Assembly (NCBI GenBank): GCA_964503795.1
Contig: CAZDBT010000002.1
Location: 17,989-81,988, forward strand
Reading direction: 5' to 3'
Length of the DNA stretch: 64,000 bases
Source: an uncultured Candidatus Saccharibacteria bacterium
GTDB taxonomy: Bacteria > Patescibacteriota > Minisyncoccia > UBA6257 > WO2-44-18
This document shows, in pieces, positions 29,558 through 39,688 of the stretch; within the stretch, counting starts at the first letter, position 1; every line of letters starts with the position of its first letter. The position numbers and the translations under genes are program-made. The notes below the pieces were generated by a model that made no database searches, was not told the DNA's origin, and was given only the letters and a program-made list of their open reading frames with translations.

Positions 29558-31063
29558 GTGGTTCTAATAAAAGGCGCTAAAATTCTGGATGGTTCCGGGA
29601 AGCGGCCGGTTTTTACCGCCGATGTTTTATTAAAAGGCAACAAAATCGCCGCTATCGGCAAATTTCCGACCAAAAAGTCCAGCCTCACTATTGAAGCCCT
29701 CGGACTTTATTTGGCGCCGGGCTTTATAGATGTAGACACCGATTCCGATCATCATCTTTCTCTTTTCTCCGATCCGCCACAGCAGGACTTTTTAGCCCAA
29801 GGCGTAACCACTATTTTCGGCGGCGTTTGCGGCGCTTCGCTGGCGCCGCTTTTGTCCGGGGATCTGAACTCTATCCGCAAGTGGACCGACACGACGCAAA
29901 TAAATATTGATTGGCATACGATGGCCGAATTTTTGAAAGTGCTTGATCGTCGCGGCTTGGGCGTGAATTTCGGAACTTTGGTCGGCCACTCCACTTTGCG
30001 AAGGGGATTGGTCCGCGAAGATTCCCGTGATCTGACCGTTCCGGAAATTGAAGCGCTGAAAAAAGTTCTCAAAGATTCCATCAAGCAGGGCGCTTTCGGA
30101 ATGTCTACCGGTTTGGGTTACGCGCATTCGCGGCGGGTGCCGTATTCGGAAATAAAAGAGCTGGTGAAAGTCGTGGCCGAGAGCGGGGGAGTGTATGCCA
30201 CTCATTTGCGCGATGATAAAGAGGGCGTGCTGGCATCCGTGGAGGAAACGATCAAGATTGCCGAAGATACCAAAGCAAAAGTTTTGATCAGTCATTTCAA
30301 GCCGATCATCGGTTTTGAAAAAGATCATCGCAAAGCCGTAGAGTTGATCCATCAGGTCGCCGATCGGCTGGATATTCACTTCGACAGTTACCCCTTCAGT
30401 GAAACAATTGTTCCTATTTATACTTTGTTACCGGCTTGGGCGCAGGTTGGGAATTTGGAGATAATGCTCTCGTACTTGAAAAATCCAGATCTGGCGGAGC
30501 GTTTGGTTAAAGAGCTGGCCGGCATCAAAGGAGGGAGCATTCGCATTGCCCAGGCCGTTGGTCAGGATTATCTGGTCGGCAAAACTTTGCAGGACTTTGC
30601 CGAGAGTCAGGAGTTGAACACTGCCGAGGCCCTTTTGAAGTTAATGAAGCTGACCGGTTTACGGGCCCTGGTTTTTTATAAAAATATCAATTTAGATCTG
30701 GAGCTGCAGAACTTAGAACGGGATCAGGCGCTAGTAGCTTCCAATGGCGCTAGCTTGCCGGAGAATTCCCGTAATTTGAAACATGAGCGGTTCTACAATA
30801 CTTTCCCGAAATTCATTGAGGCGGTCACCCAGCGTAAAATGCTTTCTCTTTCGCAAGCCATCGGCAAGATCACTTCCGAGCCGGCCAAAAAGTTCGGTCT
30901 GAAAGATCGCGGTCTGATCGCCGAAGGAATGATCGCCGATCTGGTGATGTTTTCGACTCGGCATGGCGTGAAAGTGGAAAATGTTTTCGTGAACGGGAAG
31001 TTGGCCGTGAAAGACCGGCAGTACCAGGGGATCTTATCGGGCGAGATCTTGCGCAAAATTTAA
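29558..31063 (+). CDS. N-acyl-D-amino-acid deacylase-like amidohydrolase with degenerate metal site
   Basis: APGFID, G.CG.S.AP, G.STGL.Y, Y.THLR, SHFK and ADLV.F; the H-x-H motif is replaced by D-T-D. Confidence 0.8.
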   Translation: MVLIKGAKILDGSGKRPVFTADVLLKGNKIAAIGKFPTKKSSLTIEALGLYLAPGFIDVDTDSDHHLSLFSDPPQQDFLAQGVTTIFGGVCGASLAPLLSGDLNSIRKWTDTTQINIDWHTMAEFLKVLDRRGLGVNFGTLVGHSTLRRGLVREDSRDLTVPEIEALKKVLKDSIKQGAFGMSTGLGYAHSRRVPYSEIKELVKVVAESGGVYATHLRDDKEGVLASVEETIKIAEDTKAKVLISHFKPIIGFEKDHRKAVELIHQVADRLDIHFDSYPFSETIVPIYTLLPAWAQVGNLEIMLSYLKNPDLAERLVKELAGIKGGSIRIAQAVGQDYLVGKTLQDFAESQELNTAEALLKLMKLTGLRALVFYKNINLDLELQNLERDQALVASNGASLPENSRNLKHERFYNTFPKFIEAVTQRKMLSLSQAIGKITSEPAKKFGLKDRGLIAEGMIADLVMFSTRHGVKVENVFVNGKLAVKDRQYQGILSGEILRKI

Positions 31064-31068
31064 AATTA

Positions 31069-32157
31069 ATGAGGAGACATCATCCCGATCTTCTGATCAT
31101 GTTGTGTCTGGGTTTCTTGGTGATCTTCGGATTACTGGCGTTGGCCAGCGCTTCTTCCAATCTTGGACAAACAAAATTTGATGACAGTTTCTATTATCTC
31201 AAGCATCAGATAATCAGCGGACTCGCTTTCGGCATACTGGGCTTCGCGCTCACTTACAATCTTTATTATCGCCGTTATCAAAATATCGCCTGGATCCTGC
31301 TCTTGATCAGTCTTGTGTTAGTGGCGCTGGTGTTCACTCCGTTGGGACTGAAAGAGGGGGGAGCGGAACGTTGGGTGAAGATCGGTCCGGTTACTTTCCA
31401 ACCCGCGGAATTTCTGAAATTAACCGTCATTCTTTATTTCGCCGCCTGGCTTGCCGGGCAGACCGACCGAAGCCGCACTTTTTTGAAAGGTTTTCTGCCG
31501 TTTTTTATCGTGTTGGGAGCGGTGGCGGGTTTATTGCTTAAACAGCCGACTACGACGACCGTCGTGATCATCGCCGCTGCCTCCCTGATCCTCTATTTCG
31601 TGAGCGGCGCGAAGCTTTCCTATGTGGCCGGTGTAGCGGTGTTGGGAATGTTGGTGTTGGGGGCGGCTATTCTGATCACGCCTTATCGCTTTCAGCGTAT
31701 CGCCAGTTTTTTGGATCCGGCTAGCAGTCCGTTGGGTGGCGGTTATCACATCAATCAGGCGCAGATAGCGATCGGAGCCGGCAAGCTTTTCGGTGTCGGT
31801 TATGGGCAATCCACCACGAAAATAAATTTTCTTCCCGAGCCGATCGGGGATTCCATTTTTGCGGTAGTGGCGGAAGAACTGGGCTTTGTCGGTTCAGTGG
31901 CGTTGATCTCCATATTTTTATTGCTGGTGATGCGGATCCTTTTATTGGCTCGGCGCGTCAAAGATCGTTTCGGGAAGCTGGTTTTGATCGGTTTTGGGGT
32001 GATCATTGGTTTACAGGTTTTCATTAATATTGGCGCCATTTCCGGTCTGCTGCCTCTTACGGGCGTGCCATTGCCGTTCATCAGCTACGGCGGCACCGCG
32101 CTGATGGTATTTATGACAATGGGCGGGATCGTGGCGAATATATCCAGGTATGCTTAA
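31069..32157 (+). CDS. ftsW: SEDS peptidoglycan polymerase FtsW
   Basis: RW...FQPAE, LPEPIGDSIFAV..EE.G and P.TG.PLPFISYGG motifs; precedes murG. Confidence 0.92.
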   Translation: MRRHHPDLLIMLCLGFLVIFGLLALASASSNLGQTKFDDSFYYLKHQIISGLAFGILGFALTYNLYYRRYQNIAWILLLISLVLVALVFTPLGLKEGGAERWVKIGPVTFQPAEFLKLTVILYFAAWLAGQTDRSRTFLKGFLPFFIVLGAVAGLLLKQPTTTTVVIIAAASLILYFVSGAKLSYVAGVAVLGMLVLGAAILITPYRFQRIASFLDPASSPLGGGYHINQAQIAIGAGKLFGVGYGQSTTKINFLPEPIGDSIFAVVAEELGFVGSVALISIFLLLVMRILLLARRVKDRFGKLVLIGFGVIIGLQVFINIGAISGLLPLTGVPLPFISYGGTALMVFMTMGGIVANISRYA

Positions 32158-32181
32158 TGCTATAATTTAAGCAGCGCCGCT

Positions 32182-33318
32182 ATGAATAAACTACGAATAA
32201 TTTTTGCCGGCGGGGGAACGGGCGGACACATTTACCCGATCATTGCCGTTTCCGAAAAACTGCGAGAGTGGGCGGAGCGCAATGGTTTTGCGCCGGATCT
32301 CCGTTATTTCGGAAATTCCGGAGTTTTTAAAGAAGCTTTAATGGCCGGTAATATCAGGATCTCCCGAGTGGCGGAGAGCAAACTGCGCCGGTATTTTTCA
32401 ATTTTGAATTTCGTGGACGTTTTTAAATTTGTTTTCTCGGTCTTTCAGTGTTTATGGAAGATCTATTGGTTCATGCCCGACGCTGTTTTTTCCAAAGGCG
32501 GTCCCGGTTCGTTGCCGGTGGTGTTAGTCTGCTTTTTCTACAACATCCCGATCGTTATTCACGAGTCCGACACTGTGCCTGGGTTGGCAAATAAGTTGGC
32601 GAGTCGCTTTGCCCGGGTCGTAGAACTGGCCTTCGGTTCGGCCGCCAAGCATTTCCCGAAGTTCAGAGGAAAGATGGATGTGGTTGGCAATCCGGTACGT
32701 TCGGAAATTCTGCAGCATTTTGAGCAGGCCGATGCTAAAGCCGCGCTTGGCTTTGATCCCAACAAACCCTTGTTGTTGGTTTTCGGCGGGTCACAGGGTT
32801 CTAACCGGATGAATGATTTTATTATCGGCAACCTGGAGCCGCTACTTTTGAAATTCCAGATATTGCATTTCGTCGGCCGGGAGAAATTTCCGGATTACAA
32901 GAATCAATATGATTTTATTACCAAGAATTTTTCCCCGATCCTACTCGGCAGTTACAAGTTCTTTAATTATTTAGATAAAGAAATGGCCAAGGCGATGGCT
33001 GCCGCCGATCTGATCGTGGCGCGGGGTGGCGCGGGGGCGATCTTTGAAATAGCGGCGAAGGGTAAGCCGTCAATTATCGTGCCCTTCCCGGAGGCCTCGG
33101 CGGATCATCAAAAAGAAAATGGCTACGCTTACGCTTCCACCGGAGCTGCCGTGGTGATCGAGCAGGAAAATCTGCTTCCCAGCATCTTTCTGAATCAGGC
33201 TGAAAAGATCCTGATGGATCCGGAGGTAAAAGCGAAAATGTCGGCTGCCGCCACGGCTTTTTATCAGGCCGATGCCGCCGACCGGATCTCGGTTGATATT
33301 CTTGAGCTTATTCATTAA
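32182..33318 (+). CDS. murG: Lipid II GlcNAc transferase MurG
   Basis: GGGTGGHIYP, KGG, HESD..PG..N, GNPVR, GGSQG and HQ..N motifs. Confidence 0.95.
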   Translation: MNKLRIIFAGGGTGGHIYPIIAVSEKLREWAERNGFAPDLRYFGNSGVFKEALMAGNIRISRVAESKLRRYFSILNFVDVFKFVFSVFQCLWKIYWFMPDAVFSKGGPGSLPVVLVCFFYNIPIVIHESDTVPGLANKLASRFARVVELAFGSAAKHFPKFRGKMDVVGNPVRSEILQHFEQADAKAALGFDPNKPLLLVFGGSQGSNRMNDFIIGNLEPLLLKFQILHFVGREKFPDYKNQYDFITKNFSPILLGSYKFFNYLDKEMAKAMAAADLIVARGGAGAIFEIAAKGKPSIIVPFPEASADHQKENGYAYASTGAAVVIEQENLLPSIFLNQAEKILMDPEVKAKMSAAATAFYQADAADRISVDILELIH

Positions 33319-33327
33319 CTTTCTGGT

Positions 33328-34740
33328 ATGACTCCAGCAGCCAAAAAACCAGTCCGGGTCCGGATTGCGCCTTCGCCAACCGGCTATATGCACATCGGCA
33401 CGGTGCGCACCGCTTTGTTTAATTGGCTTTTCGCCAAACAAAACGACGGGGTTTTTATTTTGCGCGTTGAGGATACCGACCTGGAACGGTCTAAAAAAGA
33501 ATATGAAGTGGATCTGATAGATAATCTGAAATGGCTCGGTCTCACCTGGGATGAAGGCCCGGTGCGTCAGACCGACCGGTTGGATATTTATGAAAAATAT
33601 CTGAACCAGCTTCTCAAAGAGGGGAAGGCTTATTATTGTTTCTGTTCCAAAGAACAGCTGGAGGCGGAGCGCCAGGCGATGCTGGCGCAGGGATTCGCTC
33701 CTAAATACAGCGGTCGCTGCCGGACGATCGGGCTCGCGGAAGCGGAAAAGCGGATGGCTGCCGGTGAGGGCGCGGTGATCCGGTTAAAGGTTCAGGACGG
33801 CAAAGTTAATTTCAAAGATATTGTGCGCGAAGACGTAGAATTTGATGCGACGCTGATCGGCGATTTTGTGATTGCCAAAAGCGTTCGCGAGCCGCTCTAC
33901 AACTTTGCCGTGGTGGTAGACGATGAAGATATGAAAATTTCCCACGTGATCCGCGGTGAAGAACATCTGGCCAATACTCCCAGGCAGATCCTTATCCAGA
34001 AGGCTTTGGAATTCGGCCAGCCGCAATACGCGCACATTCCGCTGATCCTTAACGCCGACCGCAGCAAAATGTCCAAACGGGCAGGGGATACCGCCATCCG
34101 CGATTATCGCGCCCAAGGTTATTTGCCGGAAGCGATCCTTAACTTCTTGGTTTTGCTCGGCTGGCATCCGCAAGGAGACAAGGAAATTTTTACTATTGAA
34201 GAGCTGGTCAAAGAATTTGATATTACCCGCATCCAGAAAGGCGGAGCGGTATTTAATGTAGATAAGTTGGATTGGTTGAACGCTCAATATATCAAAGCGA
34301 TGACCGCCAAAGCTTTGGCAAAATTACTTAGCGTGAAAGCGACCGAGCAGAATTTGAAGATCGTAGAAAATACAAAAGAACGGATGAAGAAGCTTACCGA
34401 TTTTCAGGCCTTGGCCGGTTTTTATGTGGAGTTGCCGGATTACAAACCGGAGCTGCTGATCTGGAAAGATTCAACCAAAGGAAAGACCTTAGCGAACTTG
34501 AAAGAAGGGGAGCAGTTGCTTTCGGCTATTACCAGCGACGATTTTTCTAAGAATAAGATAGAGAAAGTGTTGATGCCGATTGCCGAAGCGCGCGGGAAAG
34601 GGGATATGCTCTGGCCATTGCGGGTAGCCGTGTCCGGCGCAGAAAAATCTCCCGGCCCGTTTGAAATAATGGAAGTTATCGGCAAGAAAGAGACTTTAGT
34701 AAGAATTGCAGAAGCGATTAGCCAGCTATCTAAAAGCTAA
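33328..34740 (+). CDS. gltX: Glutamate-tRNA ligase
   Basis: RIAPSPTGYMHIG, RGEEH and KMSKR motifs. Confidence 0.97.
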   Translation: MTPAAKKPVRVRIAPSPTGYMHIGTVRTALFNWLFAKQNDGVFILRVEDTDLERSKKEYEVDLIDNLKWLGLTWDEGPVRQTDRLDIYEKYLNQLLKEGKAYYCFCSKEQLEAERQAMLAQGFAPKYSGRCRTIGLAEAEKRMAAGEGAVIRLKVQDGKVNFKDIVREDVEFDATLIGDFVIAKSVREPLYNFAVVVDDEDMKISHVIRGEEHLANTPRQILIQKALEFGQPQYAHIPLILNADRSKMSKRAGDTAIRDYRAQGYLPEAILNFLVLLGWHPQGDKEIFTIEELVKEFDITRIQKGGAVFNVDKLDWLNAQYIKAMTAKALAKLLSVKATEQNLKIVENTKERMKKLTDFQALAGFYVELPDYKPELLIWKDSTKGKTLANLKEGEQLLSAITSDDFSKNKIEKVLMPIAEARGKGDMLWPLRVAVSGAEKSPGPFEIMEVIGKKETLVRIAEAISQLSKS

Positions 34741-34767
34741 CCCTCGGTTTATTATTAGATTAAGCAA

Positions 34768-36003
34768 ATGCTAAGGAGTTTTTTGGCTATTTTAATGACG
34801 CTTTTGACCATCGGCTATACCATTCAGCCGGCTTTTGCGTTGACGGCGGACGAATTACAGAAGGCTAGAGACGAGAAGGCCAAGGCCGCGCTGGAGATCA
34901 GCAGCCAGATCCAAGCCGTGAACCAACAGCTGAATGCCACCCAAAGCCAGAAAAATTCTCTGCAGAAAGAATTAAAAACCATAGATTATAGCGTGAATCA
35001 GCTGAATCTCGGCATTAAATCCAGCCAGATAAATATTGAAAAGCTTGGTTTTGAATTGCAGTCGGTGCAGCTTGATATAGATAAAATAACCGAACAGATC
35101 AACACAAAAAAAGCAGCCCTGATGAAGTTAGTGCGGGAATTGTACGAGAAGGACAAGCAGGGTTCGCTGGCTATGCTGTTGCGCAATCGCAGTTTGGCCG
35201 ATAGCTTCCGGGAACAGCAGTCGCTTTCCGATCTGAATAACGGAATTTCTAATGAAGTTTCCGGCTTGAAGGAACTCGGCAAACAATTGGACGGCAAATT
35301 CCAGGACACTTCTTCTAAAAAGAAAAAGATAGAAACAGAGAATCAGAATCAAAAAAACCGGAAGGCGATCGTTGAGGATCAGAAGACCGAGCGGCAGCAA
35401 TTGTTGGCCCAGACCAAAAATCAGGAAAAATTGTATACCCAGACCTTAGACGAACTTTCCAAAAAGCAACTGGAGATCTCCGCCGAAATTGAAAAAATAG
35501 AATCGGAATTACGGTCCAAGATCGATCCTTCGCTGTTGCCCATCCCACGGCCGGGAGTGTTGGCGATGCCGGCGCAGGGATATATAACCCAAGAATATGG
35601 CTACACCACCTTCGCCAAGAACGGCTACAAAGGACATTTCCACAACGGCTTGGACATCGGCGCTCCGATCGGCACGGAAGTGGTGGCGGCGGAAAAAGGG
35701 AAAGTGGTGGCGGTTGGCAATCAGGATTCTTTCTGCCCCCGGGGCGCTTATGGGAAATTTATCGTGATCGCGCACGACAACAACCTCACCACGCTTTATG
35801 GCCATCTTTCCGGCTACATCGTGAAGGTTGGGGATACGGTTACCCGCGGTCAGCTGATCGGCTATGTTGGACGCACCGGCTACGCCACCGGGCCGCATCT
35901 GCATCTGACGGTTTACGCCGGCCCCACTTTTTATATGGGCGCCAGCAGGACTTGCGGTCCGATGCCGTTTGGTGGCGACCTGGACCCGGCGAAGTACCTC
36001 TAA
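34768..36003 (+). CDS. Coiled-coil + M23 peptidase (EnvC/PcsB-like)
   Basis: Signal peptide, long coiled coil, HNGLD, YGHL and TGPHLH motifs. Confidence 0.92.
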   Translation: MLRSFLAILMTLLTIGYTIQPAFALTADELQKARDEKAKAALEISSQIQAVNQQLNATQSQKNSLQKELKTIDYSVNQLNLGIKSSQINIEKLGFELQSVQLDIDKITEQINTKKAALMKLVRELYEKDKQGSLAMLLRNRSLADSFREQQSLSDLNNGISNEVSGLKELGKQLDGKFQDTSSKKKKIETENQNQKNRKAIVEDQKTERQQLLAQTKNQEKLYTQTLDELSKKQLEISAEIEKIESELRSKIDPSLLPIPRPGVLAMPAQGYITQEYGYTTFAKNGYKGHFHNGLDIGAPIGTEVVAAEKGKVVAVGNQDSFCPRGAYGKFIVIAHDNNLTTLYGHLSGYIVKVGDTVTRGQLIGYVGRTGYATGPHLHLTVYAGPTFYMGASRTCGPMPFGGDLDPAKYL

Positions 36004-36060
36004 CTGAAATGGTACGTGTACCAGACTTATAGAGACTAAGTAAAATGGTAGAATTAGATT

Positions 36061-36390
36061 GTGAAGAGAATAGCTCTTAGTTTTCTGGCATTCAGCCTGG
36101 CGGCGGGAGCTTTTGCGGCTGAACTGCCGCCTATCAATAAAGTTATTAATACCGCCAACACTGTTAGCCAGGAAATTCAAAAGCAGCTGGACAGTTCCGC
36201 GGTCACAGAAGAGATCGGTCGGTCCTTACCGACCAAAGAGCAGACCGAGGGATTTTTATCCGGCGTCTGGAAAGTTTTATGGTCGATCGTAAAATTCATC
36301 GCCAGAGTATTTGATTGGATATTAAAGATCGTCACCGGATTTTTTTATACGGTTTTAAATAAAATAGGATTGGATTTTTTCCACCAATAA
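36061..36390 (+). CDS. Hypothetical exported/membrane protein
   Basis: Signal-peptide-like N-terminus; TGGTAGAAT 6 nt before GTG. Confidence 0.65.
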   Translation: MKRIALSFLAFSLAAGAFAAELPPINKVINTANTVSQEIQKQLDSSAVTEEIGRSLPTKEQTEGFLSGVWKVLWSIVKFIARVFDWILKIVTGFFYTVLNKIGLDFFHQ

Positions 36391-36405
36391 CCCGCGAACA
36401 CGAAC

Positions 36406-37140
36406 ATGGCCAAACCTTATCTGTCAGTAATTATTCCCGCCTACAACGAAGCCAAACGCCTGCCTCTGGCGTTAATTGACATTGATAAACATCTTTCCGA
36501 ACAGGAGTATTCTTACGAGATCTTAGTGGTGAACGACGGATCCACTGACGCGACTGCGGAGATCGTCGAGCGGTTCAAGCCGCTCATAGAAAATTTGAAG
36601 ATCTTGAACAACAAAGAAAATCGCGGCAAGGGGGCGGTAGTGCGTGATGGAATGTTAGCCGCTAGAGGAAATTGGCGGGTGATGATGGACGCAGACAATT
36701 CCACTTCGGTCGTTGAATTCAATAAAATGATCCCGTATTTGGAGGAAGGTTATGAAGTGGTCATTGGTTCGCGGTCGGTGAAAGGCGCGAAGCTGAATCC
36801 TCCCCAAAATATTTTCAAGCAACTAGCCGGTAAGCTGGGGAATTTGTTCGTACAGATTTTATTGCTACGAGGCATTTGGGATAGTCAATGCGGGTTCAAA
36901 TGTTTCTCCGAAGAAGCGGCCGGTCGTATTTTTTCGATCGCCAAGATCGATCGTTGGGGTTTTGATGTTGAGACCTTGGCTTTGGCGCGGGCGTTGGGTT
37001 ATCAGATCAAGGAAATGCCGATTCATTGGGTAAATGATGCCAGCTCCCGTGTCCATTGGAATTCGTATCTACAAGTTCTTTGGGAGGCCATCAAAGTCCG
37101 CTGGTGGCTATGGAAGAAGAGTTATGATTTGTCAGCCTAG
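36406..37140 (+). CDS. GT2 glycosyltransferase (dolichyl-phosphate beta-glucosyltransferase-like)
   Basis: IPAYNEA.R, VNDGSTD, DAD.ST, DSQCGFK and GFDVE motifs. Confidence 0.9.
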   Translation: MAKPYLSVIIPAYNEAKRLPLALIDIDKHLSEQEYSYEILVVNDGSTDATAEIVERFKPLIENLKILNNKENRGKGAVVRDGMLAARGNWRVMMDADNSTSVVEFNKMIPYLEEGYEVVIGSRSVKGAKLNPPQNIFKQLAGKLGNLFVQILLLRGIWDSQCGFKCFSEEAAGRIFSIAKIDRWGFDVETLALARALGYQIKEMPIHWVNDASSRVHWNSYLQVLWEAIKVRWWLWKKSYDLSA

Positions 37141-37178
37141 TCATTCTTTGTTAACCTTGTTATTAAAATAAACCTAAT

Positions 37179-37631
37179 ATGGATTATCATTTAACACCCG
37201 AGAGGCTGGAGGAACTGAAGAACGAACTTAGTCAATTAAAAAATCAGAAACGAGCCGATGTGGCCGAACGTTTGAAGCGCGCCAAGGAATTAGGCGATCT
37301 GTCGGAGAACGCCGAATATATGGAAGCTCGGGAGGAGCAGACCCAGGTTGAAACCCGGATCTTTGAATTGGAAGATATGATCAAGAACGCGGTTCTGATC
37401 ACTCAAGGAAAAGGCGACAAGGTGCAGATCGGATCAACTATTGAAGTTGAAAAAGGGGAGCAGAAAATGACCCTGACCATCGTTGGCCCTAATGAAGCCA
37501 ATCCTTCAGACGGCAAGATCTCCAATGAATCTCCGCTCGGTAAAGCTTTTGTTGATCAGATGAAGGGTTCTACGGTGAAGGTTAAGACTCCGGCTGGTGA
37601 GATGACCTATAAGATCGTCAGCGTGAAGTAA
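37179..37631 (+). CDS. greA: Transcription elongation factor GreA
   Basis: GDLSENAEY and IS.ESPLG motifs. Confidence 0.97.
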   Translation: MDYHLTPERLEELKNELSQLKNQKRADVAERLKRAKELGDLSENAEYMEAREEQTQVETRIFELEDMIKNAVLITQGKGDKVQIGSTIEVEKGEQKMTLTIVGPNEANPSDGKISNESPLGKAFVDQMKGSTVKVKTPAGEMTYKIVSVK

Positions 37632-38968
37632 TGCTTGAGGACCTCATAAAAGAAAGATTGAAAAAGAAGGCCGAGCTGGAAAAGCTTGGTCTGAATGTCT
37701 ATCCCTCGCAAGTTAAGCGCACCCATTTGGTGGCGCACGTGGTGAAAGATTTCTCGGCGTTATCCAAAAAGAAAACCAAAGTTTGGTTGACCGGCCGCTT
37801 GCTTGGCCTACGTGTGCAGGGCGGCGTGGCCTTCGCCGATCTGACGGATGGCTCCGGAGAAAAGATCCAGATCGTTTTTACTAAAGCTAATCTGAAAAAT
37901 TTCCAGGCGCTCAAAGATAATTTGGATATCGGAGATTTTGTTGAGGTGGCCGGTCCGCTTTTTAAAACTAAAAAGGGGGAACGGAGCGTGGAAGCAAAAA
38001 GTTTGAGGGTGATCGCGAAAACATTACGGCCTTTGCCGTCTGTCTGGCATGGTTTGAGCGACACCGAAGAGCGTTTTCGAAAACGGTATCTGGATCTGCT
38101 TTTAAATGAAGGGGTGCGCGACCAGCTGGTGAAACGCTCGCAGATTATTGAATATATCCGGAATTTTTTGGCCGAGGAGGGATTTTTGGAAGTAGAAACG
38201 CCAGTTTTACAACCGATTCCCGGTGGCGCCAAGGCCCGGCCGTTCAAAACACACCACAACGCCTTGGATGTGGATTTTTATCTGCGTATCGCCCCGGAGC
38301 TTTATCTGAAGCGCCTATTGGTTGGCGGAATGGAGAAGGTATTTGAATTGGGAAAAGTTTTCCGAAACGAGGGAATGGATAGAGATCACAATCCGGAATT
38401 CACCGAACTGGAGCTTTACTGGGCCTATCAGGACTACCGAGGTTTGATGAAATTTACGCAGAAGTTATTAAAAAAGCTTATTCCAGGAAAGTGGAAAATG
38501 GTTACTTTTGAAGAAGTTTTTAAACAACATTCTGGCAAAGACTATCGCTCTATTCCCGCAAAAGAATTGGATGAGGTATTTAAGCATTCGGTACGTCCGA
38601 AGATCGTGGAGCCGACTTTCGTGACCGACTATCCGGAATCTTTAATGCCTTTGGCCAAGCTGCACGAGAAAGATAAAACCTTGACCGAAAGTTTCCAGCT
38701 GATCGCCAATGGAGCGGAAATTGTAAAAGGCTTCTCGGAGCTGAACGACCCGGTTTTCCAGCGTGAGCAGATGGAGCGCCAGGAGAAAGCTTTCCGGGCA
38801 GGGGATGAAGAGGCTTCCCGCAAAGATGAAGACTTTTTGGAAGCCTTAGAGCATGGCATGCCTCCGGCTGCCGGCTTGGGTATCGGTATAGATCGTCTAG
38901 TAGCCATCGCCACCAAAGCGCACGCGGTGAAGGAGATAATTTTGTTCCCCACTTTACGTCCAAAATAA
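37631..38968 (+). CDS. lysS: Lysine-tRNA ligase (class II)
   Basis: R.RYLDL, LRIAPELYLKRL, FRNEG..HNPEFT and GIGIDRL motifs. Confidence 0.96.
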   Translation: MLEDLIKERLKKKAELEKLGLNVYPSQVKRTHLVAHVVKDFSALSKKKTKVWLTGRLLGLRVQGGVAFADLTDGSGEKIQIVFTKANLKNFQALKDNLDIGDFVEVAGPLFKTKKGERSVEAKSLRVIAKTLRPLPSVWHGLSDTEERFRKRYLDLLLNEGVRDQLVKRSQIIEYIRNFLAEEGFLEVETPVLQPIPGGAKARPFKTHHNALDVDFYLRIAPELYLKRLLVGGMEKVFELGKVFRNEGMDRDHNPEFTELELYWAYQDYRGLMKFTQKLLKKLIPGKWKMVTFEEVFKQHSGKDYRSIPAKELDEVFKHSVRPKIVEPTFVTDYPESLMPLAKLHEKDKTLTESFQLIANGAEIVKGFSELNDPVFQREQMERQEKAFRAGDEEASRKDEDFLEALEHGMPPAAGLGIGIDRLVAIATKAHAVKEIILFPTLRPK

Positions 38969-39128
38969 GTCGCTCAACAATTCCCTCTTCCCTCAACCCG
39001 TTCCGTTTGCTCCTGCGGCAAACTTCACTTAACGCTCGCGCTAATCGGGTTTTTGTTCATAAATTATACAAAAACCTCCTAGCCGATTAAGCTCGCTCGG
39101 GTTTCGGAGAAGAGAGAATTGTTTCGCT
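38969..39128 (+). repeat. Multi-branched palindromic element directly after the lysS stop (family shared with 62138-62316 and 7463-7613)
   Basis: Outer stem AACAATT..CTCTTC / GAAGAG..AATTGTT; inner hairpins TTTGC..GCAAA and GGTTTTTGT..ACAAAAACC; TCGCT junction motifs. Confidence 0.7.
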
Positions 39129-39182
39129 TAATTTGCTAGGATAATGCCAAAAAACATCTATTTTTAGCCTATTTTAGCTCTA

Positions 39183-39249
39183 TTGACAAAGTAGGTATAT
39201 TTATGGTATATTACTAGTGTCCTCAAGTGAGGATTTAGCACCTTAAAGA
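39183..39249 (+). promoter_or_regulatory. Strong promoter, hairpin and boxA-like motif of the two-gene ribozyme operon
   Basis: TTGACA(39183)..TG.TATATT(39207), hairpin TCCTC-AAGT-GAGGA, then GCACCTTAAAGA at 39238. Confidence 0.65.
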
Positions 39250-39279
39250 AACCCAAAAACTCGAATCAAGGAGACTGAG

Positions 39280-39567
39280 ATGAGCTTCGGAGAATTCGCT
39301 GTTAGCGCGGTGGCTCGCATGTTCTGCTCAATCCTGGCTGTTTGCTGTTTCATGCTTGCCGCCGGATCTCCCAGCTGGGCAGTGTCCGCAGTTTTCGATG
39401 GGGCCATGATCGGAATGGTCATCGGCCTCCTGATCTGCTTCGCTCACTATAAGTGGGTGGAGGAAGGAAGCTTCTGGGGTTTGCTGATGTTGGCGCGAGT
39501 GCCACCGCCAGTGGTGGTTGTGTACTCAATCGACACCAAGCATCTGGCCAGGTTTTTCGGGAAGTAA
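39280..39567 (+). CDS. Small hydrophobic hypothetical protein
   Basis: 95 aa, 2-3 TM segments, AAGGAG SD. Confidence 0.65.
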   Translation: MSFGEFAVSAVARMFCSILAVCCFMLAAGSPSWAVSAVFDGAMIGMVIGLLICFAHYKWVEEGSFWGLLMLARVPPPVVVVYSIDTKHLARFFGK

Positions 39568-39594
39568 GGTTTCCGGAGGATTTCCTAAAAATCC
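39564..39594 (+). repeat. 31-bp direct repeat, copy 1
   Basis: GTAAGGTTTCCGGAGGATTTCCTAAAAATCC, identical to 40023-40053; includes the TAA stop codon. Confidence 0.95.
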
Positions 39595-39637
39595 TCTTTA
39601 CCCAGCATCTTCTCACGAAAGTGATAAGGTGCTGGGC

Positions 39638-39688
39638 TCTGTCCTCGGATGTGCATCCGAGCTGATGAGCCAGAAATGGCGAAACAGA
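39638..39688 (+). ncRNA. Type III hammerhead ribozyme
   Basis: UCUGU-C^-CUCGGAU(GUGC)AUCCGAG-CUGAUGA-GCCA(GAAA)UGGC-GAA-ACAGA. All core nucleotides and three stems are present; predicted cleavage after GUC at 39643. Confidence 0.92.
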
